Notes under the pieces: model-generated
Told to the model about the DNA's origin: nothing
Database searches by the model: none
Seen by the model: only the letters and a program-made list of their open reading frames with translations
Shown: positions 1 through 13,647 of the stretch, piece by piece
How the letters are laid out: each line of letters begins with the position of its first letter
Position numbering within the stretch: position 1 is the stretch's first letter
Source of the DNA: Thermostichus sp. DRC_bins_24
Lineage (GTDB): Bacteria > Cyanobacteriota > Cyanobacteriia > Thermostichales > Thermostichaceae
DNA length: 44,368 nucleotides
Reading direction: 5' to 3'
Assembly (NCBI GenBank): GCA_039794845.1
Contig: JAUQVK010000097.1
Location: 1 to 44,368, forward strand
Made by a program: the position numbers and the translations under genes

Positions 1-1138
1 AGAGAATCACATCCAACTGGGCCGAGCGAATCCGGGCTTGCCAGGCTTCTAGGCTCAGGGATCCGGTCAGAAACTGTTCGAAGCGCTGGGGCAGAGATTG
101 GGTGATGTCATCTTGAAGGTCTGAGGTGTGAAAGCCGTAGAGGGCGAACTGGCTGCGATCCAAGGCCTCCACCCAGCCACGGGTAATGATCTTCCAAACT
201 GAGTGATCCCGAAAAAGGCCGGAGACAATACCAACCCGCAGTTTGTTGCGTTTGTTGGCGGGGGATCTTGGGGTGGGTGGGTGGGGATAACGGGCCGCCA
301 TCACCCCGTGGAGAAGGGATCCATACCCTTGTTGCAGCTCGCGGTCGTTCTGGCCTTGATAGGGCAAAAAAAAGGGTTGTACCAAGCCGATCCCGGCGGC
401 GGCCCGTTCCAGTACGTGAGGATCCCGCAGCAGGGGCTCCAGTGTCCCTTTCACTTGCAGGAGGGCTTGGCGGTACCGCTCCCGTGCCGTTGCAATCTGG
501 CTTTCGGTCTCGTAGAGCAGCGGCAGTTGGCTGACACACCACCCCAAGCCGGCGGCCAAATCGGCGGGATCCCGTTCCCAAAGTTGGCGAAACAGCTCGG
601 CGGCTTCTGGTTCTCGGCCACAGTCTCGCAATAGGATCGCCAGAGTATAAGCAGCATCGGCAAAATCCGGCTGTAGGGCCAGAGCTTGCGATAAAGGATC
701 CAAGGCGGCTTCTAGATGCCCCTGCTGGCGCAGCACCAACCCCAGCTGATACAGAATCTCGGGATCCGGACCGCTTTGCTCCAAGGCTAGTTGAAAGTGG
801 GTTTTTGCCTCGGCAAGTCGGCCAGCCTGTTTGAGGGCAATTCCCAAGTTGAAGTGGGCATCGGGGAACTGGGGCTGCTGGGCAATGGCCTGCCGGATCA
901 GCTGAATGGCATCCTCCAGGGATCCCTGTTGCTGCCGACACACCCCCAACAAGTGCAGCACTTCCGGGTGGGCAGGGTGTGCTTTCAGAATGTGCTCGTA
1001 CAGAGGAATGGCTTGGGTCAGTTGCCCCGACTGGTGGTAGCCAACCGCCTGTGCCAAAAGGTGTTGCAGATTTGGAGGGGATCCCGGGTGGGCGGGATCC
1101 CGTCTTTTGCCAAAGCCTTTCCCCCCCTTAACAACCAT
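1..1138 (-). CDS. TPR-repeat O-GlcNAc transferase-like protein (SPINDLY/GT41 family), runs off the left edge
   Basis: Not in the ORF track because it has no stop in the window. Manual translation from ATG 1138 gives MVVKGGKGFG...LLAQAVGYHQSGQLTQAIPLYEHIL...DAHFNLGIALKQAGRLAEA (TPRs), then KLRVGIVSGLFRDHSVWK and AQLDVIL, typical of the GT41 catalytic N-lobe. Confidence 0.85.
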   Translation of the reverse strand, partial: MVVKGGKGFGKRRDPAHPGSPPNLQHLLAQAVGYHQSGQLTQAIPLYEHILKAHPAHPEVLHLLGVCRQQQGSLEDAIQLIRQAIAQQPQFPDAHFNLGIALKQAGRLAEAKTHFQLALEQSGPDPEILYQLGLVLRQQGHLEAALDPLSQALALQPDFADAAYTLAILLRDCGREPEAAELFRQLWERDPADLAAGLGWCVSQLPLLYETESQIATARERYRQALLQVKGTLEPLLRDPHVLERAAAGIGLVQPFFLPYQGQNDRELQQGYGSLLHGVMAARYPHPPTPRSPANKRNKLRVGIVSGLFRDHSVWKIITRGWVEALDRSQFALYGFHTSDLQDDITQSLPQRFEQFLTGSLSLEAWQARIRSAQLDVIL

Positions 1139-1182
1139 GCCGAGTCGCACGAGGAAACCTAGTACCCCACCATTGTCTAGCG

Positions 1183-1431
1183 TCAAAGCCATTCTTCCAA
1201 ACGCCCCAACTGATCCCGAAAGCCATGGGTGAGTTCGCGGTACCACTCCCGCAGTTCCAGTTGATCCACGGCCCGCCGCAATGCCTCTTGAGAACGCTCA
1301 ATCGGTCGCAGGGCCGCGGGCGGGATCCCTTCTTGAGCGGCCAACTGTTCGAACAGGGCCAGTTCCGTTTGCAAATACAAAATCAGGTTGGCCACATCCT
1401 GAGGGTGCGGGTAGGGGGTGGAATCGGGCAT
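1183..1431 (-). CDS. Small helical hypothetical protein (82 aa, MPDSTPYPHP...)
   Basis: C-terminal part of ORF 1183..1935. The upstream part is antisense shadow of the phosphatase gene. ATG at 1431. Confidence 0.6.
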   Translation of the reverse strand: MPDSTPYPHPQDVANLILYLQTELALFEQLAAQEGIPPAALRPIERSQEALRRAVDQLELREWYRELTHGFRDQLGRLEEWL

Positions 1432-1527
1432 TGGGGCAAAGACCAGCAACACTGGCTCCATTGTGGCCAGGGATCCGCCCCAGGCTGGTAAGGTGAGGAA
1501 GGATTTTTCGCTACTGTTGAAGGTGCC

Positions 1528-2028
1528 ATGCCCCAAAAGCTCCTGTTCGTCTGCCTGGGCAACATTTGTCGCTCCCCCACCGCTGAAGGAATTACGGATT
1601 ACCTCCTGCGCAACAGTGGCATCTCGGAAGCGATTCTCTGTGATTCGGCGGGCACCGGAGCCTATCATATCGGCAGCCCTCCGGATCGGCGCATGCGACA
1701 GGCCGCCCAACGCTATGGGCTGGATCTGCGGGGCCAAGCCCGCCAAATTTGCCCGACGGACTTGCGGGAGTTCGATTTGATTCTGGCGATGGATCGGCAG
1801 AACTACCGCGATATTCTCAACCTGGATCCCCAGGGAAAATACGCCGAGAAAGTGCAGTTGATGTGCAGCTATTGCCGTTTCCACTCCGATGAAGAGGTAC
1901 CGGATCCCTACTACGGAGGAGAAGAGGGCTTTCACTACGTGATCGAGTTGCTCTGGGATGCCTGTAGCGGCCTGTTGGAATCGTTGGTGCCGGGATCCCA
2001 GCTGCCCCCCTTGCCCCCCCGCACTTGA
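1528..2028 (+). CDS. ptpA: Low-molecular-weight protein tyrosine phosphatase
   Basis: VCLGNICRS P-loop, DSAGT and DPYY motifs. Confidence 0.93.
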   Translation: MPQKLLFVCLGNICRSPTAEGITDYLLRNSGISEAILCDSAGTGAYHIGSPPDRRMRQAAQRYGLDLRGQARQICPTDLREFDLILAMDRQNYRDILNLDPQGKYAEKVQLMCSYCRFHSDEEVPDPYYGGEEGFHYVIELLWDACSGLLESLVPGSQLPPLPPRT

Positions 2029-2305
2029 GCCATTCTCTGGGCGGCAATTCCGTAATTTTATGAAGCATCTCTAGGCAGGAGGATCCCTTTTGACTAGTTT
2101 TGGGGGTGGGATCCCTGGTTTGGGACGGGCTGGTTCTGATGGGTCAGCGCCTTGCCCTGTTTGGCAATCTGTATTGAGCAATCGGGTTGATAAACGGTGT
2201 TCTAGAAAACTTGTGGGAGATGAATACTCATGGACAACTCTTTATCCGGGCTGATCTCGATCGCCTTTTACGTCTTTTTCAGCTTGGCCTTTACCTAATA
2301 CACCT

Positions 2306-2716
2306 ATGCAACGACCTGCCAGCGTTACCCTGATCGCGCTCATTCAAATGGTGTTTGCCGGGCTCACCCTGTTGGTCAGCCTGTTCGGTGTCATGGCCGG
2401 GGCTTTGGTGGGGGGACTGGCGGCCTCGGGGGGAGATACGCTCTTCGGAATAGTCCTGGGCAGTTTGGTGATCTTGATTTTTTTGCTGGGCGTTACTTCA
2501 GGGTTCCTCTCGATTGTCTTCGCCATTGGGCTGTTGCAATTAAAGGGTTGGGGTTGGCTGGGATCCCTGGTGATGCAGTCGCTGGGGCTGGGGTTTGGGC
2601 TGCTGCAAGTCCTGAGCAGAGAACGGGGAGCGATGTCTCTGGGCAGCCTCATTATCAGCGGTGTGATTGTCTATATGCTGTTGCGGCCTGAGGTGAAACG
2701 AGCTTTTGGTCGCTAG
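2306..2716 (+). CDS. Small integral membrane protein (about 4 TM)
   Basis: RPxxVT start, hydrophobic segments, GLLQLKGWGW and YMLLRPEVKRAF end. Confidence 0.8.
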   Translation: MQRPASVTLIALIQMVFAGLTLLVSLFGVMAGALVGGLAASGGDTLFGIVLGSLVILIFLLGVTSGFLSIVFAIGLLQLKGWGWLGSLVMQSLGLGFGLLQVLSRERGAMSLGSLIISGVIVYMLLRPEVKRAFGR

Positions 2717-2875
2717 GAGAGAGGGGTAAGGTTGAGGGATAAATGTACACGATCCTATTCACACCCTCTAGCGAAGAAGCACCTTTCTCATATCCAAGTT
2801 TGTGAGTTATGAAAAATGAACAACATCGCCAGATGGTGGATGCCACCCTCCTCATCTTTCTTGAGATGAACAGAC

Positions 2876-3128
2876 CTAGACAGACTCAGCAATAACTCTT
2901 GCATTAAGTAGCGTGAAAATTCGGTCGAGCTCTAAAATTCCAGCTGGTTCTATCTCTTCATCGGTTGTCAGGCTAGACTGTCTTTTTTTCTCGTTGAGTG
3001 TTTCTAACCGCTCTTGCAGAGCATCACTGAATTTGAACAGGTTCAGGACTCGCACTGATTTGAGCTGAATCCCAGCATCAACCAGCATCAATATAAGAGG
3101 AAGGCTGAATCATCAGTTGCGCATTCAT
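2876..3128 (-). pseudogene. Small cyanobacterial hypothetical (antitoxin-like) gene frameshifted by a 10-bp duplication
   Basis: ATG 3128 reads MNAQLMIQPSSYIDAG then stops. Removing one copy of CCAGCATCAA (3072-3091) fuses it in frame to IQLKSVRVLNLFKFSDALQERLETLNEKK...ELDRIFTLLNA. Confidence 0.7.
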
Positions 3129-3236
3129 TAGTCACATCGGCTCTGAGAATTAGAGCGTTGTCTTATTGCTATTGATGAACAACAATAGCAGATGGTTGCT
3201 AAATTATTTTTATCTGTAGAGACAGTAGTGTTCCCC

Positions 3237-3551
3237 TTACCACTTGAGCAGGTTGAAACTCTCCATATCGATGGTGGCGCGATTGCGGTAAATCCCCAAC
3301 ACAATCGCCAAACCCACTGCCGCCTCTGCAGCTGCCACCGTAATCACGAACACCGAAAACACCTGGCCGCGAATCATGCCCGAATCGAGAAAGTTGGAGA
3401 AAGCGATGAAGTTCAAGTTCACCGCATTCAGCATCAACTCAATTGACATCAACACGCGAATTGCATTGCGGCTGACGATTAACCCATAGATGCCAATGCA
3501 AAAAAGAATGGCTGCCACCAGTAAAAAGAATTCCAGCTGCAACATTGACAT
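3237..3551 (-). CDS. ndhE: NDH-1 subunit 4L (NuoK)
   Basis: LFCIGIYGL...[14 protein letters not shown]...[12 protein letters not shown] motifs. GAGGAG RBS before ATG 3551. Confidence 0.97.
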   Translation of the reverse strand: MSMLQLEFFLLVAAILFCIGIYGLIVSRNAIRVLMSIELMLNAVNLNFIAFSNFLDSGMIRGQVFSVFVITVAAAEAAVGLAIVLGIYRNRATIDMESFNLLKW

Positions 3552-3614
3552 ACTCCTCAAGAGCCTTGGGTGAATTTGCGTAGTAATTGAATTGCCTAGG
3601 GATCCAAGAAACCC

Positions 3615-4223
3615 TTAACGGGTGCTCACCAACTCTTGCTCCAACTCGGTGCCCGATTCGATCTGCGGTCGGGCACGCTCCAGTAGGCTCAGATCCCCTT
3701 CTCCCATCTGCGGGAGCGCAAATTCTCGACGAGCCAAGACAATCGCCCCGATAAGAGCCATCAGCAGCAACACCGAGGCCAGCTCAAACGGCAGCAGATA
3801 ATCGCTGAAGAAGTGCCCACCCATCACCAAAACGCTGTTCAAGGATTGGATCGGCTGCAGCTGCCAGGGGGTATCGAAGGCCATGGTTACCAAAAGGGCA
3901 AACAACCCCAGACACACCACCGCCGTCACCCCATTGCGTAACCAGCCCAGCTTCAAAGGGGCGAAGTTGTAGCGCCGATTCACCAACATGATGGCGAACA
4001 GGATCAGCACATTCACCGCACCGACGTAGATGAGCACCTGGGCTGCTGCAACAAAATCCGCATTCAAGAGGAGATATAGCCCGGCCATGCTCAAGAAAAC
4101 GCCCCCGAGCAGAAAACCTGAGTAAACGATGCTGGGGGCCCAAACGACTCCTAGAGCAAACCCGATGGCCATCACCGACAGCACTGCAAATGTGACCAGT
4201 TGTACGCCTTCTCCGAGGGTCAT
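3615..4223 (-). CDS. ndhG: NDH-1 subunit 6 (NuoJ)
   Basis: FVAAAQVLIYVGAVNVLILFAIML and YLLPFELASVLLL motifs. Confidence 0.97.
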   Translation of the reverse strand: MTLGEGVQLVTFAVLSVMAIGFALGVVWAPSIVYSGFLLGGVFLSMAGLYLLLNADFVAAAQVLIYVGAVNVLILFAIMLVNRRYNFAPLKLGWLRNGVTAVVCLGLFALLVTMAFDTPWQLQPIQSLNSVLVMGGHFFSDYLLPFELASVLLLMALIGAIVLARREFALPQMGEGDLSLLERARPQIESGTELEQELVSTR

Positions 4224-4348
4224 GCGATATCTGTCCTTTCGATGGTTGTCCCTTTATCACTGTACTGTCCCATCGGATTTAGGAGAAGCACGACTCCCTT
4301 TTCAGATCGATAGAGGAATCTCTAGGGTTACAGAATGCCAGATGCCGC

Positions 4349-5668
4349 TTACCAGCTCCCCCCGGCCCCGCCACCGCTGCTGCTACCGCCCCCAAAATCG
4401 CTACTGCTGCCACTGCTGCTGGAACTGCTGCTCTCGGTGTAGGTCAGCCTGGGAATTTCAATATCTCTTTCGCTGCGGTACTGGCAACAGGGGCAGGTGA
4501 AGGTTTCTCGCCACAACCCAGGGTAGGAATAGGTGGCTTCGGCGATGACTTCAGTTCGGCGGTCAAGGGTGAGGGCTTGGCACTGGGGGCAGGTGTGGCG
4601 ACGATAGAGCGCTTTTTCCGAAACCAACAGAGCAACCCCTTGACAGGTCGGACATAGCCAACCGTAATACCGCGCTCTGCCATGGCTGTGGGCTACAAGC
4701 TCTGGCTCGGATAGATAAGAATGAATGGCCTTGGGCTCAATTCGCTGCATCGGCTGACGGCAGCGTTCACAGCAAACCGGTTGAAAGGGGATCCTGTGCT
4801 TCAGGCACAAGGTGCCATCGGTTGCCACAATCGCCATAACGGGCAAAACGAAAACTTGCAAGTTGCGGGTGACCAGCACAGCCCAAAAACCAAGCAAGAT
4901 CGAAGCCGAATAAAGAAACAGCCGAATGGAGGTGCTTTGTGTTCCAAAGCGGGAAGTTTGTGCCCCTGAGCCTATGCTTTTTAGGGGTGTGGCCCGTTCC
5001 CCCCGCTGCTTTGCCGTGGCGTAAACCGGCCGGCGAGACTGCTGCCACCCCAGCCCCAGCCCGCCAATGCCCAACAACAACAGGATCCCTTCCGCCAACG
5101 AGGTATCGACACCCTCCAAATGGCCCAGGGATCCCCTGCCAACTCTCCCGGTGGTAGCCGCCGCTTCGCCCTGCAACACGGAGATCAACTGCCGCACCCC
5201 TGCCAAGGTACCCCCATCAAAATCGCCAGAACGAAACTTGGGAAGGATCTGACGGTCGATGATCTGCTGTACCTGTGCGTCGGGGAGAGTGGTGGCCAAT
5301 CCGGTGCCCGTTTCAATTTCGACCCGCCGATCCCCCACCGAAATGAGAAACAACACGCCGTTGTTTTGAGCTGCCTTGCCGATACCCCAGTGGTTAAAAA
5401 GCTGTGTGGTGAAGGCTTTTGGGGTGGCGTACCCTTGAGTATTCGGTACCGTGACCACGGCCATTTCTGCGCCGGTGCGCTGTTCCAACTGGGTGATGAG
5501 ACGATCCAGTTCGCGTTCGGTACTGCTGCTGAGGATATCGGCGGTATCGGAAACCCAACCTCCATAGCTTTGGCGGGGATTGGGAACTTGCTCGACGGTG
5601 ATGGCCAAGACAGGCTGTGGCAGGAGCAACACCACACCCAACAGAACTGCGGCCCAGGCTTTTGGCAT
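4349..5668 (-). CDS. TPM-domain (TLP18.3/Psb32/MOLO-1) membrane protein with Cys-rich C-terminus
   Basis: Signal peptide, VSDTADILS...WGIG...NNGVLFLI...RRVEIETGTGL, TM helices, four CxxC pairs, FGGGSSSGGGAGGSW tail. Confidence 0.9.
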   Translation of the reverse strand: MPKAWAAVLLGVVLLLPQPVLAITVEQVPNPRQSYGGWVSDTADILSSSTERELDRLITQLEQRTGAEMAVVTVPNTQGYATPKAFTTQLFNHWGIGKAAQNNGVLFLISVGDRRVEIETGTGLATTLPDAQVQQIIDRQILPKFRSGDFDGGTLAGVRQLISVLQGEAAATTGRVGRGSLGHLEGVDTSLAEGILLLLGIGGLGLGWQQSRRPVYATAKQRGERATPLKSIGSGAQTSRFGTQSTSIRLFLYSASILLGFWAVLVTRNLQVFVLPVMAIVATDGTLCLKHRIPFQPVCCERCRQPMQRIEPKAIHSYLSEPELVAHSHGRARYYGWLCPTCQGVALLVSEKALYRRHTCPQCQALTLDRRTEVIAEATYSYPGLWRETFTCPCCQYRSERDIEIPRLTYTESSSSSSSGSSSDFGGGSSSGGGAGGSW

Positions 5669-5749
5669 GGTGTCCCCTAGTTCACGGCTACCTTGATTTT
5701 AGTGAACAAATACGGTAGCAGCGGCGACCCCCAACACCGGCAGCCGTGC

Positions 5750-6168
5750 TCAACGGCCTCGCCCTCCCAGGCGTCTTCTTAGCCAAGGCCCAGCCCAGTA
5801 GAGCAACAATAGCCCATTCAGGGCCAATTCCACCCACCGGGATCCCTGCACCCACCCCTTCCAACCCAAGCCGAGCAACAGCACGGTTGGCGAATGCAAA
5901 AAATTGGCGAATGCAAAAAAATATTGCGGCTGGCGATCCAAAAGGGATTCTGGAAAAACAGTTGCCGAAACATGTAGCGAAGGGCCTCTGTCGGATCCCA
6001 GTCTAGGACCAGGCAAGAGTACACCCAGCCCCCCAAGGTGAGCAGATACAGGGGAATATCAGGCACAGGGGATCCCCACCACCAAGTGGAGCGAATCGGC
6101 CTTAGCCCCTGTTGCTTGAGGAGCCGCCCCAAAGCCGTCGTCAGGAGAAAATGGGTGGAGGTATTCAT
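5750..6168 (-). pseudogene. Membrane metal-dependent hydrolase-like gene, frameshifted and probably truncated
   Basis: MNTSTHFLL...GSPVPDIPL...FWIASRNIFLHSP continues in another frame as FLHSPTVLLLGLGW. The switch coincides with a 17-bp tandem duplication at 5887-5920. Confidence 0.65.
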
Positions 6169-6179
6169 CAACTGTCCAA

Positions 6180-9821
<3,642 letters not shown>

Positions 9822-9959
9822 CTAAAGGCCAGGCGTGAGCTTGATATCAAAAATCACCTCTATAATAGCACAAAAGGCTAGAACGGCCACTTAGCCGCCT
9901 CTGAGAGCTAGCTTTAGGGTGGGATGCAGATTTAGAGGTAATACAGATTTCACTCAGCC

Positions 9960-10514
9960 CTAACTCAGAAAGCTCTCCACCAAACCGGGGGGAGGTTGGA
10001 CCTGCACCTCCCCTTTTTCCAGATCCACGCTGGGCACAAACGCCTTCACAAAAGGGATCAAGACCTGTCGGCCACCGGGGGTGGTTACCTCCAGCACATC
10101 CTGGCCAGCTGCCAAAATTGCCGAGACCTCCCCCAGCAACTCCCCCCGGTGATAGACCGCCAACCCGATCAAATCCCGGTAATAATATTCATCCGGCTCC
10201 AGGGGCAAGCGGTCGGAAGCCGGCACCAACACATTGGCCCCCACCCACGCCTCAGCCGCTGTGCGATCCGGGATCCCTTCCAACCGCACCAAATACAGAC
10301 CCTTGGCGGGGAAAAATTGCCCCTGAAGCAAGGGGTACAACCACGGTTCAGGATCGCCATCGCGTTGCAGCCAGCGTTGCCCGGGTTCCGTAAGGCGCTC
10401 GGGAAAATCCGACAAACACTTCACCCGCAGCCAGCCCCGCAAGCCGTGGGCCGCCACCACCTGCCCCACCAGCAACCAGGCGGGATCCGGTCGTCGTTGG
10501 GCCGGGGCCATCAT
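9960..10514 (-). CDS. rimM: Ribosome maturation factor RimM
   Basis: VGQVVAAHGLRGWLRV, EYYYRDLIGL and LIPFVKAFVPSVD motifs. Confidence 0.95.
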   Translation of the reverse strand: MMAPAQRRPDPAWLLVGQVVAAHGLRGWLRVKCLSDFPERLTEPGQRWLQRDGDPEPWLYPLLQGQFFPAKGLYLVRLEGIPDRTAAEAWVGANVLVPASDRLPLEPDEYYYRDLIGLAVYHRGELLGEVSAILAAGQDVLEVTTPGGRQVLIPFVKAFVPSVDLEKGEVQVQPPPGLVESFLS

Positions 10515-10516
10515 GT

Positions 10517-11494
10517 CTAGTCGCGCCGAGGAAAGTCTGCTTCAGTCGGAAAGGAGGTTGGGGCGCGAAAGGGAAACTTCTGAGGGGGCAAGGTGCGGGA
10601 GCCGGAACCCTCTCCAGGCTTGGAGACATCCACCATCGAGAGCAGCCCTTGCAGTGTGCCCGGTATCGAGTTGGGATCCATAAAGATCACCTTGGAGCTA
10701 GGGCTATTGCCCACCTTGAGGCCCATATCGATGTAGTTTTGCGCCATCAGGTATTGCAGGGCGTTGGCGGCCTGTGGATCCGCCTGCAAGGTAGCAGCAA
10801 TGGTTTTCAAGGCTTCGGCGGTTCCTTCGGCCAGCAGGAGGCGTTCTCGCTTATCGGCCTCTGCCCTTAAAATTTGGGCCTTGGCAGCACCGGTGGCTTG
10901 GTTGATGCTGGCCTGCTGTTCCCCTTCGGATTTGAGAATGGCGGCCCGCTTTTCCCGTTCAGCGGCCATTTGCTTTTCCATCGAGTCTTGCACGGTTTTG
11001 GAGGGCTGAATGTCCTTGACCTCCACCCGCGTTACCTTGATCCCCCAGGGATCCGTGGCCTCATCCAGTTCCGTCAGAAGGCGGGCGTTGATCTCGGAGC
11101 GGGAGGAAAAGGTCTGATCCAAGACCATACGGCCAATTTCGGAGCGCAGGGTCGTCAGCACCAGATTGATCAGGGCCCGCTGCACATCCTCCACCGCGTA
11201 GCGGGCTTTAATCATGTCGGTGATCCGCCAGTAGACCACAGCATCCGCCATCAAGGAGACGTTGTCGCTGGTGATACACTGCTGCGGGGGCACATCCAAC
11301 ACCTTCTCGCGGATGGTTTCCCGGTACACAATGCTGTCAATGGGGGGCAAGATAAAGTGCAGTCCGGGGGTAAGCTTGCGGTGAAACTTGCCCAGCCGCT
11401 CCACCAGCGCCTCATAACCCTGGTTGATGATTTTGACAGAGTTGAATAGGTAACCGAGAAAGATCAGGGCAATGGCCGCCAAGATGCCTGGCAT
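10517..11494 (-). CDS. SPFH/band 7 (stomatin-like) protein
   Basis: [29 protein letters not shown] and [13 protein letters not shown] motifs. Confidence 0.93.
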   Translation of the reverse strand: MPGILAAIALIFLGYLFNSVKIINQGYEALVERLGKFHRKLTPGLHFILPPIDSIVYRETIREKVLDVPPQQCITSDNVSLMADAVVYWRITDMIKARYAVEDVQRALINLVLTTLRSEIGRMVLDQTFSSRSEINARLLTELDEATDPWGIKVTRVEVKDIQPSKTVQDSMEKQMAAEREKRAAILKSEGEQQASINQATGAAKAQILRAEADKRERLLLAEGTAEALKTIAATLQADPQAANALQYLMAQNYIDMGLKVGNSPSSKVIFMDPNSIPGTLQGLLSMVDVSKPGEGSGSRTLPPQKFPFRAPTSFPTEADFPRRD

Positions 11495-11647
11495 AGGGGT
11501 TCTCTCCTTGCGCAGAGTCCAAGCTCCATCTTAAGCGATTGCCCTTTCCTCCTGAGCTCAAACCCTGTACAGCTTTTCTTAAGGTTCCCGTTATCTCAGG
11601 GGGCCATCAAGGGGTTATCACGAAAGCGTGGCAAGGGGATCCCATCC

Positions 11648-12646
11648 ATGAAGTTGAGCAGCAAAACTCTCGAAGTTGTCCTGAACAAAACGTATGACGT
11701 GATCGTGGCGGGTGGCGGTGCAGGCGGGCTGTCGGCGGCGATCTATCTGGCCCGTTACGGGCTGAGCTGCTTGGTGGTGGAAAAAGGCAAAGGTCGCTCG
11801 TTTTGGATGCAGGACTTGCGCAACTACCTCGGTTTGGCCCCAACCACCCCCGGTCGAGCAGTGTTGAAACAGGGAATGGAACATGCCCTCAGTTTGGGGG
11901 TGGACTATTTGCGGGGATTTGTCGAAGATGCCAGCGATGAGGGGGATCTCTTCGCCGTCAAGGTCAAGGTGGGCAAGACCAACAGTCTTTACCCCATTTT
12001 CCGCAGCAAATATTTGATCGCCGCCACCGGCATTATCGATCATCTGCCGCAGTTGCCGGATATGCAAAATGTTTATGACTACGCGGGCTATTCGCTGCAT
12101 GTTTGTTTGATCTGCGATGGTTATGAAATGCGGGATCAAAAAGCGGTGTTGATCGCCAATTCTGAGGCACAAATGAACGCGGCTTTTGTGCTCAACTGGT
12201 TTACCCCTTATATTTCAGTGTTAACCCACGGTTTATGCTCGGTCAGCCCTGCAATGCGGGAGAAACTCTCGGATCATGGCTATCCACTCTACGAGTCTCC
12301 CATTCGTCGCTTTTTGGGCGAGAACCACCAGTTGAGCGGCGTAGAACTGGAAGATGGCACCCACATTGAAGCCACCACGGGCCTTGTGGCAATGGGATCC
12401 CGCTATCACAACGCTTATTTGAAAGGGATCCCGGACTTGGTTTGGCAGGGGGAAAACTTGGTCACCGATGAATGGTGCCGCACTGCCCATCCACGACTGT
12501 TTGCCCTGGGGGATTTGAAGCAGGGCCTGAACCAAGTATCGATTGCCGTTGCCGATGGCACCCTGGCTGCCACTGCGATTTGGCGGGAGATCCGCCGGGC
12601 CACCCCCCCACGCAAGTGGTCAGAACGACTGGGATCCCCGGCCTAG
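11648..12646 (+). CDS. NAD(P)/FAD-dependent oxidoreductase, thioredoxin-reductase-like
   Basis: GGGAGGLSAA FAD motif, CLICDGYE CxxC and FALGDL. Confidence 0.9.
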   Translation: MKLSSKTLEVVLNKTYDVIVAGGGAGGLSAAIYLARYGLSCLVVEKGKGRSFWMQDLRNYLGLAPTTPGRAVLKQGMEHALSLGVDYLRGFVEDASDEGDLFAVKVKVGKTNSLYPIFRSKYLIAATGIIDHLPQLPDMQNVYDYAGYSLHVCLICDGYEMRDQKAVLIANSEAQMNAAFVLNWFTPYISVLTHGLCSVSPAMREKLSDHGYPLYESPIRRFLGENHQLSGVELEDGTHIEATTGLVAMGSRYHNAYLKGIPDLVWQGENLVTDEWCRTAHPRLFALGDLKQGLNQVSIAVADGTLAATAIWREIRRATPPRKWSERLGSPA

Positions 12647-12733
12647 GTCAGGGATCCCAACCATCCAAAGGAACCGGATCGGGGCGGCTATGATTTTCTT
12701 AACCATATTCTGTCCTTTCTCTCGGTCATCTTC

Positions 12734-13630
12734 ATGAAGCCTGTCCTCCCTCTGGCCCTGCTGTTGGGATCCCTGTCCTTCGCGATGAGCCCACAGTCTG
12801 TCTCAGCCCAAGCCCTGATCCCGGGTACGGTGGAGCGGGTGATCGGGGGGGACGATGTGTTGGTGAATATCAACGGCGAAACGCTGCAGGTGGATCTGGT
12901 GTACGTCCGCCCGCCGATCGGATCTTTGGAGGCGGAACGACAAGCCCGCAACCATCTGGAACAACTCTTGCCCCCCGGCACTCCGGTGCAGCTGGATGTG
13001 GCCTGGCGCGCTTCTGATGGCCGTTTGTTTGCCTATGTTTACAGCCGTGATGGCTTGGTGAATGTGAAGATGCTGGAAGCGGGGCGTTCTGTGGCTCCGT
13101 GGCAGCTGCCCAATCCGGTCTTACAAACCTGGTATAGCGAGGCCCAGGCCCACGCTCAGGCCAACCGGTTGGGGGTATGGCAGGCGGTAGAATCCGCTTC
13201 CACAGCACAGGCAGCTACCCCCTTGCCGGGTGGGATCCCGATGTGGAGTATAGGGGGAGCAGTGGCGGTGGTCTGGCTGGGGCTGTTGGCCCAGAAGTTT
13301 CAACGCAAGCAGAACCTCCCTCACCCAAGCCGAGAACTGCACAAACTCCAGGGATGCCTGGCAGAGCAACTCACCGAGCAAAAACGCCTAGAGCGACAAC
13401 TGCAAGCGGCCAAGCAGCAGGTAGAAACTTGGGTAGAACGGGCCAAGCTGGCCCTCCAAAACGATCAAGAGGAACTGGCCCGACAGGCCCTGCTGCGCAA
13501 GCAAGCCCATCTCAAGGAAGTGGAACGGCTGCAGCGAGCTTTGGATGCGGTGGCGGTACAGGTAGAAACTACGCGCGTTGAGCTGACCAGAGGGAAGGCT
13601 CCGTCCGGTCAGGGGAACGATCTGGAGTAG
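12734..13630 (+). CDS. Thermonuclease (SNase-like) domain + TM + PspA/IM30-like coiled-coil fusion
   Basis: Signal peptide; VERVIGGDD...DGRLFAYVY...VNVKMLEAG...AHAQANRLGVW; TM helix; WVERAKLALQNDQEELARQALLRK. Confidence 0.8.
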   Translation: MKPVLPLALLLGSLSFAMSPQSVSAQALIPGTVERVIGGDDVLVNINGETLQVDLVYVRPPIGSLEAERQARNHLEQLLPPGTPVQLDVAWRASDGRLFAYVYSRDGLVNVKMLEAGRSVAPWQLPNPVLQTWYSEAQAHAQANRLGVWQAVESASTAQAATPLPGGIPMWSIGGAVAVVWLGLLAQKFQRKQNLPHPSRELHKLQGCLAEQLTEQKRLERQLQAAKQQVETWVERAKLALQNDQEELARQALLRKQAHLKEVERLQRALDAVAVQVETTRVELTRGKAPSGQGNDLE

Positions 13631-13647
13631 TGGAGGGAAACCCATCT

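Noticed and set aside
108..1162. ORFs 108..941, 203..634 and 791..1162
   Set aside because: Shadow or off-frame ORFs of the TPR-GT41 gene.
4360..4432. CTGCTG-rich repeats
   Set aside because: Encode the ordinary Ser/Gly tail of TPM proteins.
10588..10602. GCAAGGTGCGG as a fourth copy of the 27-bp element
   Set aside because: Only 11 nt match; no hairpin or GATC/ATC flanks.
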